In this document: piece by piece, positions 52,590 through 62,459 of the stretch
Layout of the letters: the number at the start of each line of letters is the position of its first letter
Numbering within the stretch: the stretch's first letter is position 1
Origin: Opitutales bacterium
GTDB taxonomy: Bacteria > Verrucomicrobiota > Verrucomicrobiia > Opitutales > UBA2987
Direction: 5' to 3'
NCBI GenBank assembly: GCA_965226885.1
Contig: CBDDEL010000016.1
Coordinates: 512,001 to 576,000, forward strand
DNA length: 64,000 nt
Made by a program: the position numbers and the translations under genes
The notes under the pieces: model-generated
The model's database searches: none
What the model was told of the DNA's origin: nothing
The model's input: the letters and a program-made list of their open reading frames with translations, nothing else

Positions 52590-53846
52590 CACACTAATCA
52601 ATAAACAATGAATATAAGAGAATCCCGTGTCCAACAAATCCAGTACACGTCATTCAGTGTTGGGACGACGCTTGCGCCTTTTCCTGCCGGAATGGCTTTG
52701 TCAACATCATCTTCATAGGCCCAGTCCACGATCTTGATTGAGGTGCTGTTGGCCGCAAGGTTGACCCGGATCCAGCCGAAGTGCTCGCCATCTTCATTCG
52801 TAAACCGGACGCCGATGAACTTGTTGGTACCATCGGGGAAAGGGCCAGAATTATCTAAGCCCAAAGCAGCAGGGTCGCGAGAATACCAGAATCCATTCGC
52901 GCCAGAGTTGGTGATGTTGGCAATATTGTAGTTTGCGCTCAAGGGCTTGGCAACGGGAATGGGATTAAAGCCCTCATAGGTGTATTTACCGGTAGTGTAT
53001 TTAATTATGCCCGCATACTCACCTTCAGGATAGATGATGGCGCCGAAGCCTTCTTCGGGTATGTATAAATGGGTTCTATAAAAGTCAACATCATCGTTTT
53101 CGTCCATATAGATTGGCGTATACCTATAATCAAAGCCTTCTTCCGACGTGGCCGTTAGCATAATATCCCTCACGCCGCTATAAACTATGGTGGCTTCGGC
53201 CGCAGGGGCGATGGCTAGGGCGGCGCCACCGGCGGCGGCGCTGGCTAGGGCGAGATTTCCGGGTCCGGGCCTTGCCAGACCTTTACTTCGACCATTCCCT
53301 GCCGCAAGGGCCGATGCCCGGTAGGCATCGAGCTTGTCCTTTAAATCAGTGATTTTCTTAACTGCTGGCTTTTTCTTCATCATGTAGGAGATTTATGGAT
53401 TAACTGACAGACTTGTACAATCTAGGGTAGAAAGCAGACTGGATTTTCATATACCCTTAGATGACCTGCATGTCAATAAAATCTGCCCCTAGGTGGTTTC
53501 TGGCAGATCAGTTGCAACACCAATTCAGGGGTTCATTCCCCCCCTTTCAAAAAAATTTTGATCGGCAATTTACTAATACGTGTATGCTTCCTGAAAACCC
53601 CTTTTGTAAAATTTCTAGGATAGATGGATTGACCAATACGTATATCGCCACCAGGGAAATCAACCGACCCCCCCCGCCCCCTTCGGCTGTCCTGACATTT
53701 TATAGCCATTCCTATCAAGTTTCTGGCCGTTCCTTACCTTTTAATTCCATTCAGTGCCCAAACGGTGGATGGCCTGTAAACCCCATAAACAAGCGGTATA
53801 CCCCATAAATAAAGGGCTGGAAGCTGTTCTACGATCTACTGCTGTT

Positions 53847-53896
53847 GACGGATTCTGGTTCCGTCTTTCAAGGTTCGAATCCTTGTCGGGCAGCCA
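53847..53896 (+). pseudogene. tRNA-Gln(CTG) 3' fragment (att-site remnant)
   Basis: GACGGA-TTCTGGT-TCCGTC anticodon arm, CAAGG-TTCGAAT-CCTTG T-arm, TCGGGCA-G-CCA; no D-arm. Confidence 0.85.
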
Positions 53897-53928
53897 TTAT
53901 TTGGCTCGATAGAACCAAATTTGCGCGT

Positions 53929-55068
53929 TTAAAATTTGGCCGGATCCCATATCGTCGCTGCAATGTGCTGCTCGTAATTTTTTACGTTCGCAAAATAGTA
54001 AATGGTTACGATTTTGCCATCCGCCCGCACGAGGGAGCGGGGATAGCCGAGATCGTATTTGCGGCCATCGTCCCGCAGGATGACTTCCCTGCCCCAGCTT
54101 TTGCCGTTGTCGTCGCTTAGGCGGGCCCGTATGCCGAAGGGAACCCCCCGGTATCCATAGGTGGCCGCAATACGGCCATTGGGCAAACGCACCATCGCAG
54201 GAGGATTGCCGTTGTGCAGGATGGTGTCTGTATAGGCCACCCGGCTGAGGAATTCCCAGGAGGCGCCGTTGTCGGAAGAACCATAGGCGTCCACCCAATT
54301 AACATCATTGCGGAATTCGGTATTGAGATCGATCCGCCGCCTCAGAACGGATACCAATTCCGTTTCCGAAACCCGCACTGTCGATGGCATGACCGAACGC
54401 ACTGTGAGCGGTTCGCCAGTCATCCAGGAAAGGAACTCGGCATTTTTACCCCCATCCTGTAAACGGATGCAAAATGCGCGATCCTGTAAGCTCTCCTCGG
54501 TTCGCACCTTTCTTTCTCTGGACGACAAAAAAACCAGGCAGGTGTCCTTGTCTTCAACAATGTAATCCGTGCGTGCGGTCAACTCAAGGCCCATGCCAAA
54601 ATCCGGCAGGCTATAGGGTACGCTCCAATTGTGGCCGCGGTCATAGGAAACCTGAAAATACACCCGGTTGACCACCATGGCAAAATCGGGATGGGTAAAA
54701 TCGATCCCGCCGGGACAAGGTATCGCGCCTTTTCCATTGAGATCGTCGCGTTCTTCAACGGTCCAGGTTTCACCGCCGTCGAGGCTTCGCCCCAGCGAGC
54801 TGTGGCTCGGCTTGTTTTTGTTGATGGAGTGATTGTCCTTTTTGTCCTCAAAATAGCCCTTTTTAAAACCAACCAGGATTTCGTCCCCCCAATTCCAGGC
54901 GCCGGCATTGGCCGGCCAACCCCCGAACCGTCCCGGCTCGTAATAGACAATGACGTTCTCCATTGCCTCTGATTCTCCCGCCACTGCTTCTTCCAGGGAA
55001 AATCCGCCTAAAAACATTAAACCGGTTAGAAAAATACCCATACACGTCGGTAAAGAATTCATCTTCAT
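53929..55068 (-). CDS. BNR/Asp-box (sialidase-like) beta-propeller protein
   Basis: SLDGGETW, SYDRGHNW, SSDNGASW, SDDNGKSW; DLGYP; signal peptide. Confidence 0.85.
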   Translation of the reverse strand: MKMNSLPTCMGIFLTGLMFLGGFSLEEAVAGESEAMENVIVYYEPGRFGGWPANAGAWNWGDEILVGFKKGYFEDKKDNHSINKNKPSHSSLGRSLDGGETWTVEERDDLNGKGAIPCPGGIDFTHPDFAMVVNRVYFQVSYDRGHNWSVPYSLPDFGMGLELTARTDYIVEDKDTCLVFLSSRERKVRTEESLQDRAFCIRLQDGGKNAEFLSWMTGEPLTVRSVMPSTVRVSETELVSVLRRRIDLNTEFRNDVNWVDAYGSSDNGASWEFLSRVAYTDTILHNGNPPAMVRLPNGRIAATYGYRGVPFGIRARLSDDNGKSWGREVILRDDGRKYDLGYPRSLVRADGKIVTIYYFANVKNYEQHIAATIWDPAKF

Positions 55069-55257
55069 GTTGCCTGCCCTCCTGATATACTGTTTGAAAG
55101 TTGTCTGTTGAGAATACAAAACAATACAATGTCAAACAGACTGATAATCAGCACAACTACTTTTTTTCGGTTTAACAGAATAGCCGGAAAATCGTGATGG
55201 AAAAACCGAAATCCTGTTCAGTTTAGACTCCCATGTCCTGGGAAAGGAAGGGAGAAT

Positions 55258-55731
55258 TTAAAGCGCCCGGTAGGAGTAGTCGTAAAGACCGTCCTTGGTG
55301 TAGAAGGTCACATAATCTTGCGAGTGAGTCCTTCCCCGCAAATCTGTCCAGCCCACCTGCAGCCGAATTTGCTTTTGAGAGCCTCCCAGAGAGGTAACGA
55401 AGCGAAAGCAGGTGGGGTCTCGCAAAGGAATGGTAGAAAAGTTATCCAGCGGATCAAAATCGTCTTTTCCAGGAAGGCTGGAAACTTCATTCCAAGTCAT
55501 GAGGTGGATATCATCCATTTCACTTTGCAATAGCTGCGAGGCGAAATTGGCACTCTGGACATTCTCCTGAATCAACATAGCTTGCCCCAAACCGCTGAAA
55601 CTGCCGGCCAGGACAAGGGCCAGGACGGTCGAGCCGACCATCAATTCGACTAGCGAAAACCCCTGTTTTTGTTGGGTAAAAAGCGATTCGTTTCGCCTTT
55701 TTGACAACCCGTATTTATCCAACCTTTTCAT
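55258..55731 (-). CDS. Prepilin-type N-terminal (PilV-like) protein
   Basis: QGFSLVELMVGS motif. Confidence 0.82.
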   Translation of the reverse strand: MKRLDKYGLSKRRNESLFTQQKQGFSLVELMVGSTVLALVLAGSFSGLGQAMLIQENVQSANFASQLLQSEMDDIHLMTWNEVSSLPGKDDFDPLDNFSTIPLRDPTCFRFVTSLGGSQKQIRLQVGWTDLRGRTHSQDYVTFYTKDGLYDYSYRAL

Positions 55732-55999
55732 TTGTTAATTTATAAATGTAGGGGAATTACCCTATTTGTCGAGCAAAAACATTGTAAAAAAAGTATGAAA
55801 ATTATTACGAAAGTGAATGATTTCAAAGGATTTACGTGATTTTTTTACAGTTTTTTAACAATTCGCCCATAATGAGCATAAGTGATTGATTTTTTTAACG
55901 GCACTCTGTCAATTTCGTTAAACTACAACTGAAAAAAAATACCCTACGCATTTTCGTTTGCCCTGGCTCACCCGATTTTTCTAGCCTTGCAGCTTTTAC

Positions 56000-57043
56000 A
56001 TGTCCGAATATAAGCAAATGATGAAAAGTAGAACGTGGATAAGCGGATCGCGTATCGGTTTGCTTTTTCTCGCAATGTGTTTCGCTTTCGGCCAGCCCGA
56101 AACCGGGTTTGCAATGTGGGGTAAAAAAAGGAAGCAGGCCAAGAAAAAATTGGTGGCGCCCATAGGTCCGCAAATCGGCCAAGATTACATCCTCGAACTG
56201 CCGGGGGGAGAAAAACTGGAACTCCTCTGGGTTGACCCCGGGAAATTCAAGATGGGTTCTCCGCACGATGAACGGGGAAGAGGAAACGATGAAACGCCCC
56301 ACCAGGTTGAGTTGACGAGCGGTTTCTGGCTTGGCAAATTTGAAGTTACCCAAGGACAATGGGAAGCGGTTATGGAGGAAAACCCGAGCAATTTTTCTGC
56401 CGCCGGTAAAAACGCTCCAATAGAAAAAGTCAGTTGGAATAATGTATTGAAATTTAGTCAAAAAGTGACGGAACAAGAACGCGGCGAAAAACGTCTTCCG
56501 CCGGGTTTTGAATATACTTTGCCGCTCGAGGCGCAATGGGAATATGCCTGCCGGGCCGGAACGGAAAAGGCTCTCTATACCGGGGTCTTAAATGTCGAAG
56601 GCGAGCGCAACGGCCCGGAGCTCGATCCCATCGCCTGGTATGGCGGCAACAGCGGCGTGGACTACGATGGCGGCCATAACTCCGGCGGATGGAAAGAAAA
56701 GCAGCATGACCACCGCAAGGCCGGAACTCATACAGTTGGGATGAAGCAGCCCAACAGCTGGGGATTTCATGATATGATAGGCAATGTTTACGAACTGTGT
56801 TACGACTGGTACGGCAAATATCCCAAGGGGCCGGCCCTCGATCCCCAAGGACCGCCGAAGGGCAGCAAGCGAGTCATTCGCGGCGGCGGCTGGTTCAGCA
56901 AGGCCGGGAAATGCCGATCCGCCAACCGCAATGATCGCACACCAGTATTTGGGAACAGCTCCGTGGGCTTTCGCCTGTCCTTGAGAAAATTTCAAAATAA
57001 AGTAAAAGAAAATAAGCCAACAACAAAAACAATGGATGGTTGA
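56000..57043 (+). CDS. Formylglycine-generating-enzyme-like (FGE-sulfatase) domain protein
   Basis: GKFKMGS, FEVTQGQW, EAQWEYACRAG, PNSWGFHDMIGNVYE, RGGGW, GFRL. Confidence 0.9.
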   Translation: MSEYKQMMKSRTWISGSRIGLLFLAMCFAFGQPETGFAMWGKKRKQAKKKLVAPIGPQIGQDYILELPGGEKLELLWVDPGKFKMGSPHDERGRGNDETPHQVELTSGFWLGKFEVTQGQWEAVMEENPSNFSAAGKNAPIEKVSWNNVLKFSQKVTEQERGEKRLPPGFEYTLPLEAQWEYACRAGTEKALYTGVLNVEGERNGPELDPIAWYGGNSGVDYDGGHNSGGWKEKQHDHRKAGTHTVGMKQPNSWGFHDMIGNVYELCYDWYGKYPKGPALDPQGPPKGSKRVIRGGGWFSKAGKCRSANRNDRTPVFGNSSVGFRLSLRKFQNKVKENKPTTKTMDG

Positions 57044-57192
57044 ACTCTCCTCAATAATTCACAAAACCGAAGATGACGCAGATACAGAAAGCGCCCTTCG
57101 CGCGCTATTCAGCAAATTATCCATGACCCATGATGGTCTCCGTGGTTAAAAAAATGAAGAATCAATCAGTCTCATTTTCAGTGACTATTTTA

Positions 57193-59051
57193 GAGGCTGT
57201 CCCAAAAATATAAAGATTTTATAGTCAACTGGATGACGTTGATAAAAAGAGCCGGAAAGAGCAAGTTTTTGCTCGATCCGGCCAAAAAAGGGTTCTATAA
57301 TTGAGTTAGCGAAAATCAATATAGCTAGCCCTTTCTATGCCCTTTCTATGAATAGCCCTTTCTATGCCCTTTCTATGAAAAATATAGCCATCCAATGCCT
57401 CCTGCGTCCAGCTTTAACTGTGGTCGACCGGTGCCTCGATTACGATAACTTCCGCGCCACCATTGATCGAATCGATCGGCTGCTGATCGACTCGGAGGTG
57501 GAATCGCAGGCCATTGAGCTGGCCTTGGAGGGGTGGCCGCCAATGGGTCTAAAGGCCCGGCGGCAGCGGGCCAGTTTTGCCATCAAGGCACTGCGCATGG
57601 ATACGCTGGGCCGTCTGCTCGGAGGGATTTCGTTTCGGCATTTGTCGCGGGCTCTGGGCAGCAGCGATCTGTTGGCCGACTTTTGCCGTGTCCGGCAGAT
57701 CGATGGCATCAGGGGCATCTCCAAAAGCACCCTGGAGCGGGCCTCGAAGTTTTTCAGCGAAGAGCAGTTGAGGGCCTTGCACCGGACCTTGACTGAGGTG
57801 GTGGGCGATGCCCTTCTGGCCCGGCAGGTGGGATTGGACAAGCCGATTGACACCACCATTTGCCTGATCGACGGCACCTGTTTGGAGGCTAACATTCATT
57901 GGCCGACGGACTGGGTATTACTCAAGGATGTAGCCGGCACGTTGCTCAAAGCGATCCGGCTGATCCGCGAGAAGGCCGGTTTGCGCCATCGCATGCCGAT
58001 CGAACCGGAGCCCTTGGCTCGGCAGATGAATCGGCTGTGCATACAGATGACCCACAGCCGGCGGCGAAAGGACAGCGCGCGGCAGCGCAAGGGTATCTTG
58101 AGGCAGATGAAAAAGCTGCTCAAACGGATCGGGGAGCATGCCCGCAGTCACCGGGAATTATTGCAAGCCTGCTGGGAGCAAAGCGATTACAGCGAAAAAC
58201 AGGTCCAACAGATCCTCGCCCGGATGGAGCGCATGAGCGAGCAAATCCCGGTGGTCATCAAACAGGCGCACGAGCGGATCATTGGCGGCCGCCAGGTGAA
58301 AAACGCAGAGAAAGTCTTGAGTGTTTACGAACTCGATGGGCAGGTGATTGTGCGAGGTAAAGCGGGCCAAGAGGTCGAGTTCGGCAACACCCTGTTTTTG
58401 GGAGAAAGCGTTGAAGGGTACCTGCTGGACTGGAAACTCTACGGCAGCCGAACTCCAAGCGAAAATGAACAAATGCAAGAGAGTTTGCAAAGACAGAACC
58501 GCTTCAACCTGGAAGAACCCATAGCGGCCATGTGCGCGGACCGGGGATTTGCCTCCCAGCGGGCCCGCCGGCAGTTAGCCCAGGAGGGAATCTACGACGC
58601 GCTCTGTCCACGCGATCCGAAGCAGTTGAAAAAACGGATGGAGGAACCACTGTTCAGGCAATTGCAAAAGCGCCGGGCCAGCACCGAAGGGCGGATCGGG
58701 GTATTGAAGAATCGCTGGCAGGCCGGGCGGTTGCGCAGCAAAGGCTTTGCCAACCGCTCGATCAGCGTAGCCTGGTCGGTACTCTCGCACAACCTATGGA
58801 AAGTAGCCAAGATGCTGGCCCAGCAAGACGAACTAAAAACCAAAGCGGCGGCCTAGAGAGCGGAAAAGCAAGGACAATACTTTTTCACAGCCTTACTGTC
58901 GGCTCATACAAAGAAAACCAGGCAACCGGACCCCAAAACCAGTATCCTAACGTCATAGGAGAGCAAAGTTGATACTCTCCCAAATGCAAATACCTCTAAA
59001 ATGAGCGCCTATCAAAAGCCCTCGCAAAAATCACCCTTTTGGGACAGCCTC
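57193..59051 (+). mobile_element. IS5/ISNCY-like element, copy 3 (complete)
   Basis: 15-bp IRs at both ends; flanks share only TA. Confidence 0.92.
57375..58856 (+). CDS. IS5/ISNCY-like DDE transposase (493 aa)
   Basis: IDGTCLEANIHWPTD, IVRGKAGQEVEFG, ADRGF, RRASTEGRIG. Confidence 0.9.
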   Translation: MKNIAIQCLLRPALTVVDRCLDYDNFRATIDRIDRLLIDSEVESQAIELALEGWPPMGLKARRQRASFAIKALRMDTLGRLLGGISFRHLSRALGSSDLLADFCRVRQIDGIRGISKSTLERASKFFSEEQLRALHRTLTEVVGDALLARQVGLDKPIDTTICLIDGTCLEANIHWPTDWVLLKDVAGTLLKAIRLIREKAGLRHRMPIEPEPLARQMNRLCIQMTHSRRRKDSARQRKGILRQMKKLLKRIGEHARSHRELLQACWEQSDYSEKQVQQILARMERMSEQIPVVIKQAHERIIGGRQVKNAEKVLSVYELDGQVIVRGKAGQEVEFGNTLFLGESVEGYLLDWKLYGSRTPSENEQMQESLQRQNRFNLEEPIAAMCADRGFASQRARRQLAQEGIYDALCPRDPKQLKKRMEEPLFRQLQKRRASTEGRIGVLKNRWQAGRLRSKGFANRSISVAWSVLSHNLWKVAKMLAQQDELKTKAAA

Positions 59052-59142
59052 TATAATAGCATAAATAGTATAAAAAGGGAATAGGGTAAACACTTCCCAT
59101 AAGTAAAACAATTACCCTACTAATACTTTACAACAGCATTTT

Positions 59143-59775
59143 TCAAGGCCGCAACAATGGAACGAACCTAACTTGTAGTTTTTCCAGGGCCGTAAATCCG
59201 GTTTTCTCCTTTTTGTAGGCATATAGTATCTGGCATGGCTCCGGCCCAACCGGTATTAGAAGCCTCCCTCCGGTTTTTACCTGAGCCTCCAGCTGGGGCG
59301 GCACCGAATCCACCCGGCAGGTGACTATTATCCGGTCGAATGGGGCTTCCTCGGGCCATCCGCCATAGCCGTCCCCGCACCGAAATTCGATATTTTCATA
59401 ACCTAGTAGCTGCAATAAGTTTTGCCCCTCTTCATAGAGGAAAGGATGAAACTCAATCGTATAGACCGAATCCACTATCTCGGCCAGGACAGCCGTTTGG
59501 TAACCGCTGCCGGTGCCAATTTCGAGTAATCGATGCTCCGGCTTCAAATCCAGCCATTCAGTCATCAATCCGACAATGTAGGGTTGTGAAATGGTTTGCC
59601 CGCAAGCTATCGGCAAGGCGCAATCCTTGTAGGCTTTGGACCGCAGGGAGGAGCCCACAAATAAGTGGCGGGGCACTTTTCGCAATGCATGAACAATATT
59701 CCGGTTTGTAATTTCGCCTACTTCGTAGCGTAGAAGCCGATTGACCAGACGATTGCGTTGTTCAGAATAATCCAT
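59143..59775 (-). CDS. pcm: Protein-L-isoaspartate O-methyltransferase
   Basis: VPRHLFV, GQTISQPY, LEIGTGSGYQ, GWPEEAPFD, VRFVPL. Confidence 0.95.
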   Translation of the reverse strand: MDYSEQRNRLVNRLLRYEVGEITNRNIVHALRKVPRHLFVGSSLRSKAYKDCALPIACGQTISQPYIVGLMTEWLDLKPEHRLLEIGTGSGYQTAVLAEIVDSVYTIEFHPFLYEEGQNLLQLLGYENIEFRCGDGYGGWPEEAPFDRIIVTCRVDSVPPQLEAQVKTGGRLLIPVGPEPCQILYAYKKEKTGFTALEKLQVRFVPLLRP

Positions 59776-59907
59776 CCCGATTTCTATTTAACCACATTCG
59801 TGTCCACAGAGCAAACAAGAATGGACTGAGACTCTCAGTTGACTCTGGCAGCCAATTCCCTAATGGATACGAAGCCTCCCTGAAAAATTTAACGACCAAT
59901 CAAATCA

Positions 59908-60954
59908 ATGGCCGAATCTGAAAATTCTTCTCCCCTGCCGGTAAAATTCGTCCTCATCACCATGTACGAATTTGCGGGTGACGATCGCCCCGGCGAGTTC
60001 CAGTATTTTTGCGAGGCTGAGGGCTTGCAGGAGACTCACCAGCTCCCTGCCGGGGCCTTTCCCCTGTGGACAAACGATAGAGGGCTGCTGGGGCTGGTGC
60101 TCGGCATCGGGGCTGCCAAGTCGTCCGCTTCAACTATGGCCCTGGGCCTGGATCCGCGGTTCGACCTCAGTCGCGCTTATATCATGATTGCCGGAATCGC
60201 CGGGGTCAACCCTCGCCATTGTTCCCTCGGCAGCGTGGTGTGGGCCGATTGGTGCGTGGATGGCGATCTGGCCCACGAAATCGACCCAAGAGAAATGCCG
60301 GAGGATTGGGACACCGGTCTTTTCCCCCTAGGCGCTTTTGCTCCTTGGGCTCCCATTGTGAAAGGGTCCGATTATCTATTTCTGGAGGACGTTGAGGACG
60401 AAGTATATGCTTTAAATAAGGATCTGACGCATTGGGCTTATGAGTTAACACGATCAATCGAATTGAGCGATCTGGATACGCCCACTATGCGCGATTACCG
60501 GAACAGGTATGCTGGCTATCCGGAAGCTCAGCGGCCTCCTTTCGTCATGGTGGGCGGGAATATTGGAATCACCCGCTACTGGCATGGCAAAATAACCAGT
60601 GAATGGGCTGAAAAATGGGTGCAACACTATACCGGCGGCAAAGGCAAAATGGTAACGTCCACCATGGAAGACAACGGCACATTGAGAGCTTTAAGCAACC
60701 TGGCCACTGCGGGAAAAATCGATTGGAACCGGGTCATGCTCCTACGGACCGGAAGTAATTTTACCATGCAAGCGCCGGATGGACAAACCGCTCTGGAAAG
60801 TTTGCGATGCGACGGGGCGGGCAATGAGGTGATGTTTCCCGGTTATCTTTCCAGCCTCCGGTCCCTACAGCGGGCGGGAAGCAAAGTCATCAACGAGATA
60901 ATTGACAACTGGGATCGGTTTGAAAGTGAAATCCCCGGTTCCAATTCCGGTTAA
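59908..60954 (+). CDS. Purine nucleoside permease (NUP family)
   Basis: MALGLDPRFDLS, AGIAGV, DGDLAHEIDPRE, MEDNG, LRTGSNF. Confidence 0.88.
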   Translation: MAESENSSPLPVKFVLITMYEFAGDDRPGEFQYFCEAEGLQETHQLPAGAFPLWTNDRGLLGLVLGIGAAKSSASTMALGLDPRFDLSRAYIMIAGIAGVNPRHCSLGSVVWADWCVDGDLAHEIDPREMPEDWDTGLFPLGAFAPWAPIVKGSDYLFLEDVEDEVYALNKDLTHWAYELTRSIELSDLDTPTMRDYRNRYAGYPEAQRPPFVMVGGNIGITRYWHGKITSEWAEKWVQHYTGGKGKMVTSTMEDNGTLRALSNLATAGKIDWNRVMLLRTGSNFTMQAPDGQTALESLRCDGAGNEVMFPGYLSSLRSLQRAGSKVINEIIDNWDRFESEIPGSNSG

Positions 60955-60960
60955 ACTGTG

Positions 60961-62245
60961 TCAGGCGCGTCTGGCGCAAATCCATTTTTGCACGGGAAAA
61001 GCCAAGGCTGCCGCGAGCAAGGCCGAAGCGCCCAGAATAATACCTTCCGGCGGCAACGGAATTCCCAAGGCGACAGCCGCGGCTCGGGCCATGCTGGATA
61101 CTCCCAAAACCAGAGTAACAAAGACAACCGCGGCAGTGGCCAGGTTGGCCGGCAGCCGATTGATGCCCTGTGGGCCCATTAAACTTTTGTCATTGACGAC
61201 CAAAAATAAAAAGAGAGCCGCGCAGGGAAGGAAAATGCCGTTGAGGGCCTGGGCCAAAATGATCACCGGGATGGGTTTGATTTGGAGCAGCCCAAAAGTC
61301 GTTCCAATGAGCAAAACGCTCAGCCAGACGGCCCGGTAGCGCCAGGATTTTTCGGTCCAGGAGGGCTCATCAGGATTACTCAGAAGGCTTTTGGCGGTAA
61401 TGGCGGCGGCCAGAGGCGCCGTGATTGCGGAGGTAAACCCGGCCGAAGGCGAAAAAATGGGCGGCCCATCCGCCAATGCGAGTTGTCAGCACCTCGGCAA
61501 TGGCCTGGAAACTGAATTCCGTGCTGATTGTATAACCAACCACAACCACACCCATCGATATTACGCCCCCCAGAACGATGGCCACAACCAGTCCAAACCG
61601 CAATTCGGGCAAACTTTGGCCAGCCGCAATCCCGGAGCCCAGAAACAGGTTGTAGGGCACCACGGTAGTCCCGACGAGACCCAGAACGAGTAGCCCGGCC
61701 CCCGGCGGTATCTGCGGAATGAGGAGACCCTTGACAAATTCCTGGGGTGGCGGCTGCACCAGGATGGCGGTAACCAGAAAAACCATTCCCATCAGCCCCA
61801 CCGTCGCCCCCATTGCGTTGACCACCAGGCGTATGCTGCCGAACCAAAGGAGCAGCCCGGCCCCCAGGGCGATCATCAAGGTCAGCGCTGCCCCCGGCAA
61901 ATGGGTTCCCAGAGCGGCTCCGGCGACACCACCCAACAAATTCCCCGCCTCGTAAGCGGCACAACCCAAAAAGATGGTGCCTGCCACTGCCACCGGCAAA
62001 AAACGACCCAGGGAAAATCCGCTGCATTGCCGGCGGATGGCCTGCCCCAGGTTGAGGCCGGAAACCACGGTGACCCGGGCGGCCGCTTCCTGTAAAACCA
62101 GGCAGGCCAGGGTCGAAAAGAGAAGCGCCCAGAGAAGTGTCAGTCCGTGCTTTGCCCCCGCCGCAGCCGCCGTCGTTACGGTGCCAGGCCCGATGAAAGC
62201 GGCGGCGATGACCGACCAGTAGAGGACTCGCCATAGTCGCCGCAT
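60961..62245 (-). pseudogene. Nramp-family divalent metal transporter, frameshifted
   Basis: AAAFIGPGTVTT, GTTVVPYNLFL; frame break near 61443 (FFAFG | AGFTSAITAP). Confidence 0.85.
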
Positions 62246-62261
62246 AATTTTTATAAAAACC

Positions 62262-62459
62262 CTATTCGGCGAAAAGCATCAAATGGATGGAACTGGCGGG
62301 AGGAATCGGCCCTCCGGCAAAACGGGCTTCGACCGCGGAAGTAATATTATCATGAAGTTCAGCCAGGTTGGCGCCCCCGGTATCAATCATGCGTTCATTC
62401 AGACAGGTGGCCGAATAAATGCCACTGTCGTTTTTGACAACTTCGAAGATCAATTCCAT
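62262..62459 (-). CDS. Small HicB-like fold protein
   Basis: MELIFEV...YSATC...TGGANLAELHDNITSAVEARF pattern. Confidence 0.55.
   Translation of the reverse strand: MELIFEVVKNDSGIYSATCLNERMIDTGGANLAELHDNITSAVEARFAGGPIPPASSIHLMLFAE

Larger units (their letters stand above)
51328..52652 (+). mobile_element. IS3-family element, type A
   Basis: Complete ends; 4-bp TSD TTCA. Confidence 0.95.
51239..53383 (-). pseudogene. IPTL-CTERM surface protein split by IS3
   Basis: Body at 52653-53383 ends VPTLN; tail at 51239-51327 reads EWGIIVLMTLLAGAAAWKMNKPELLQA*. Confidence 0.85.

Noticed and set aside
53756..53896. Complete tRNA with a long insertion (TGCCCAA could pair with the acceptor strand)
   Set aside because: One mismatch, no T8 and no recognisable D-arm; a 3' att fragment is the simpler explanation.
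57322..57379. CRISPR-like or iteron array of GCCCTTTCTAT units
   Set aside because: There are no unique spacers; comparison with IS copy 1 shows stacked tandem duplications.
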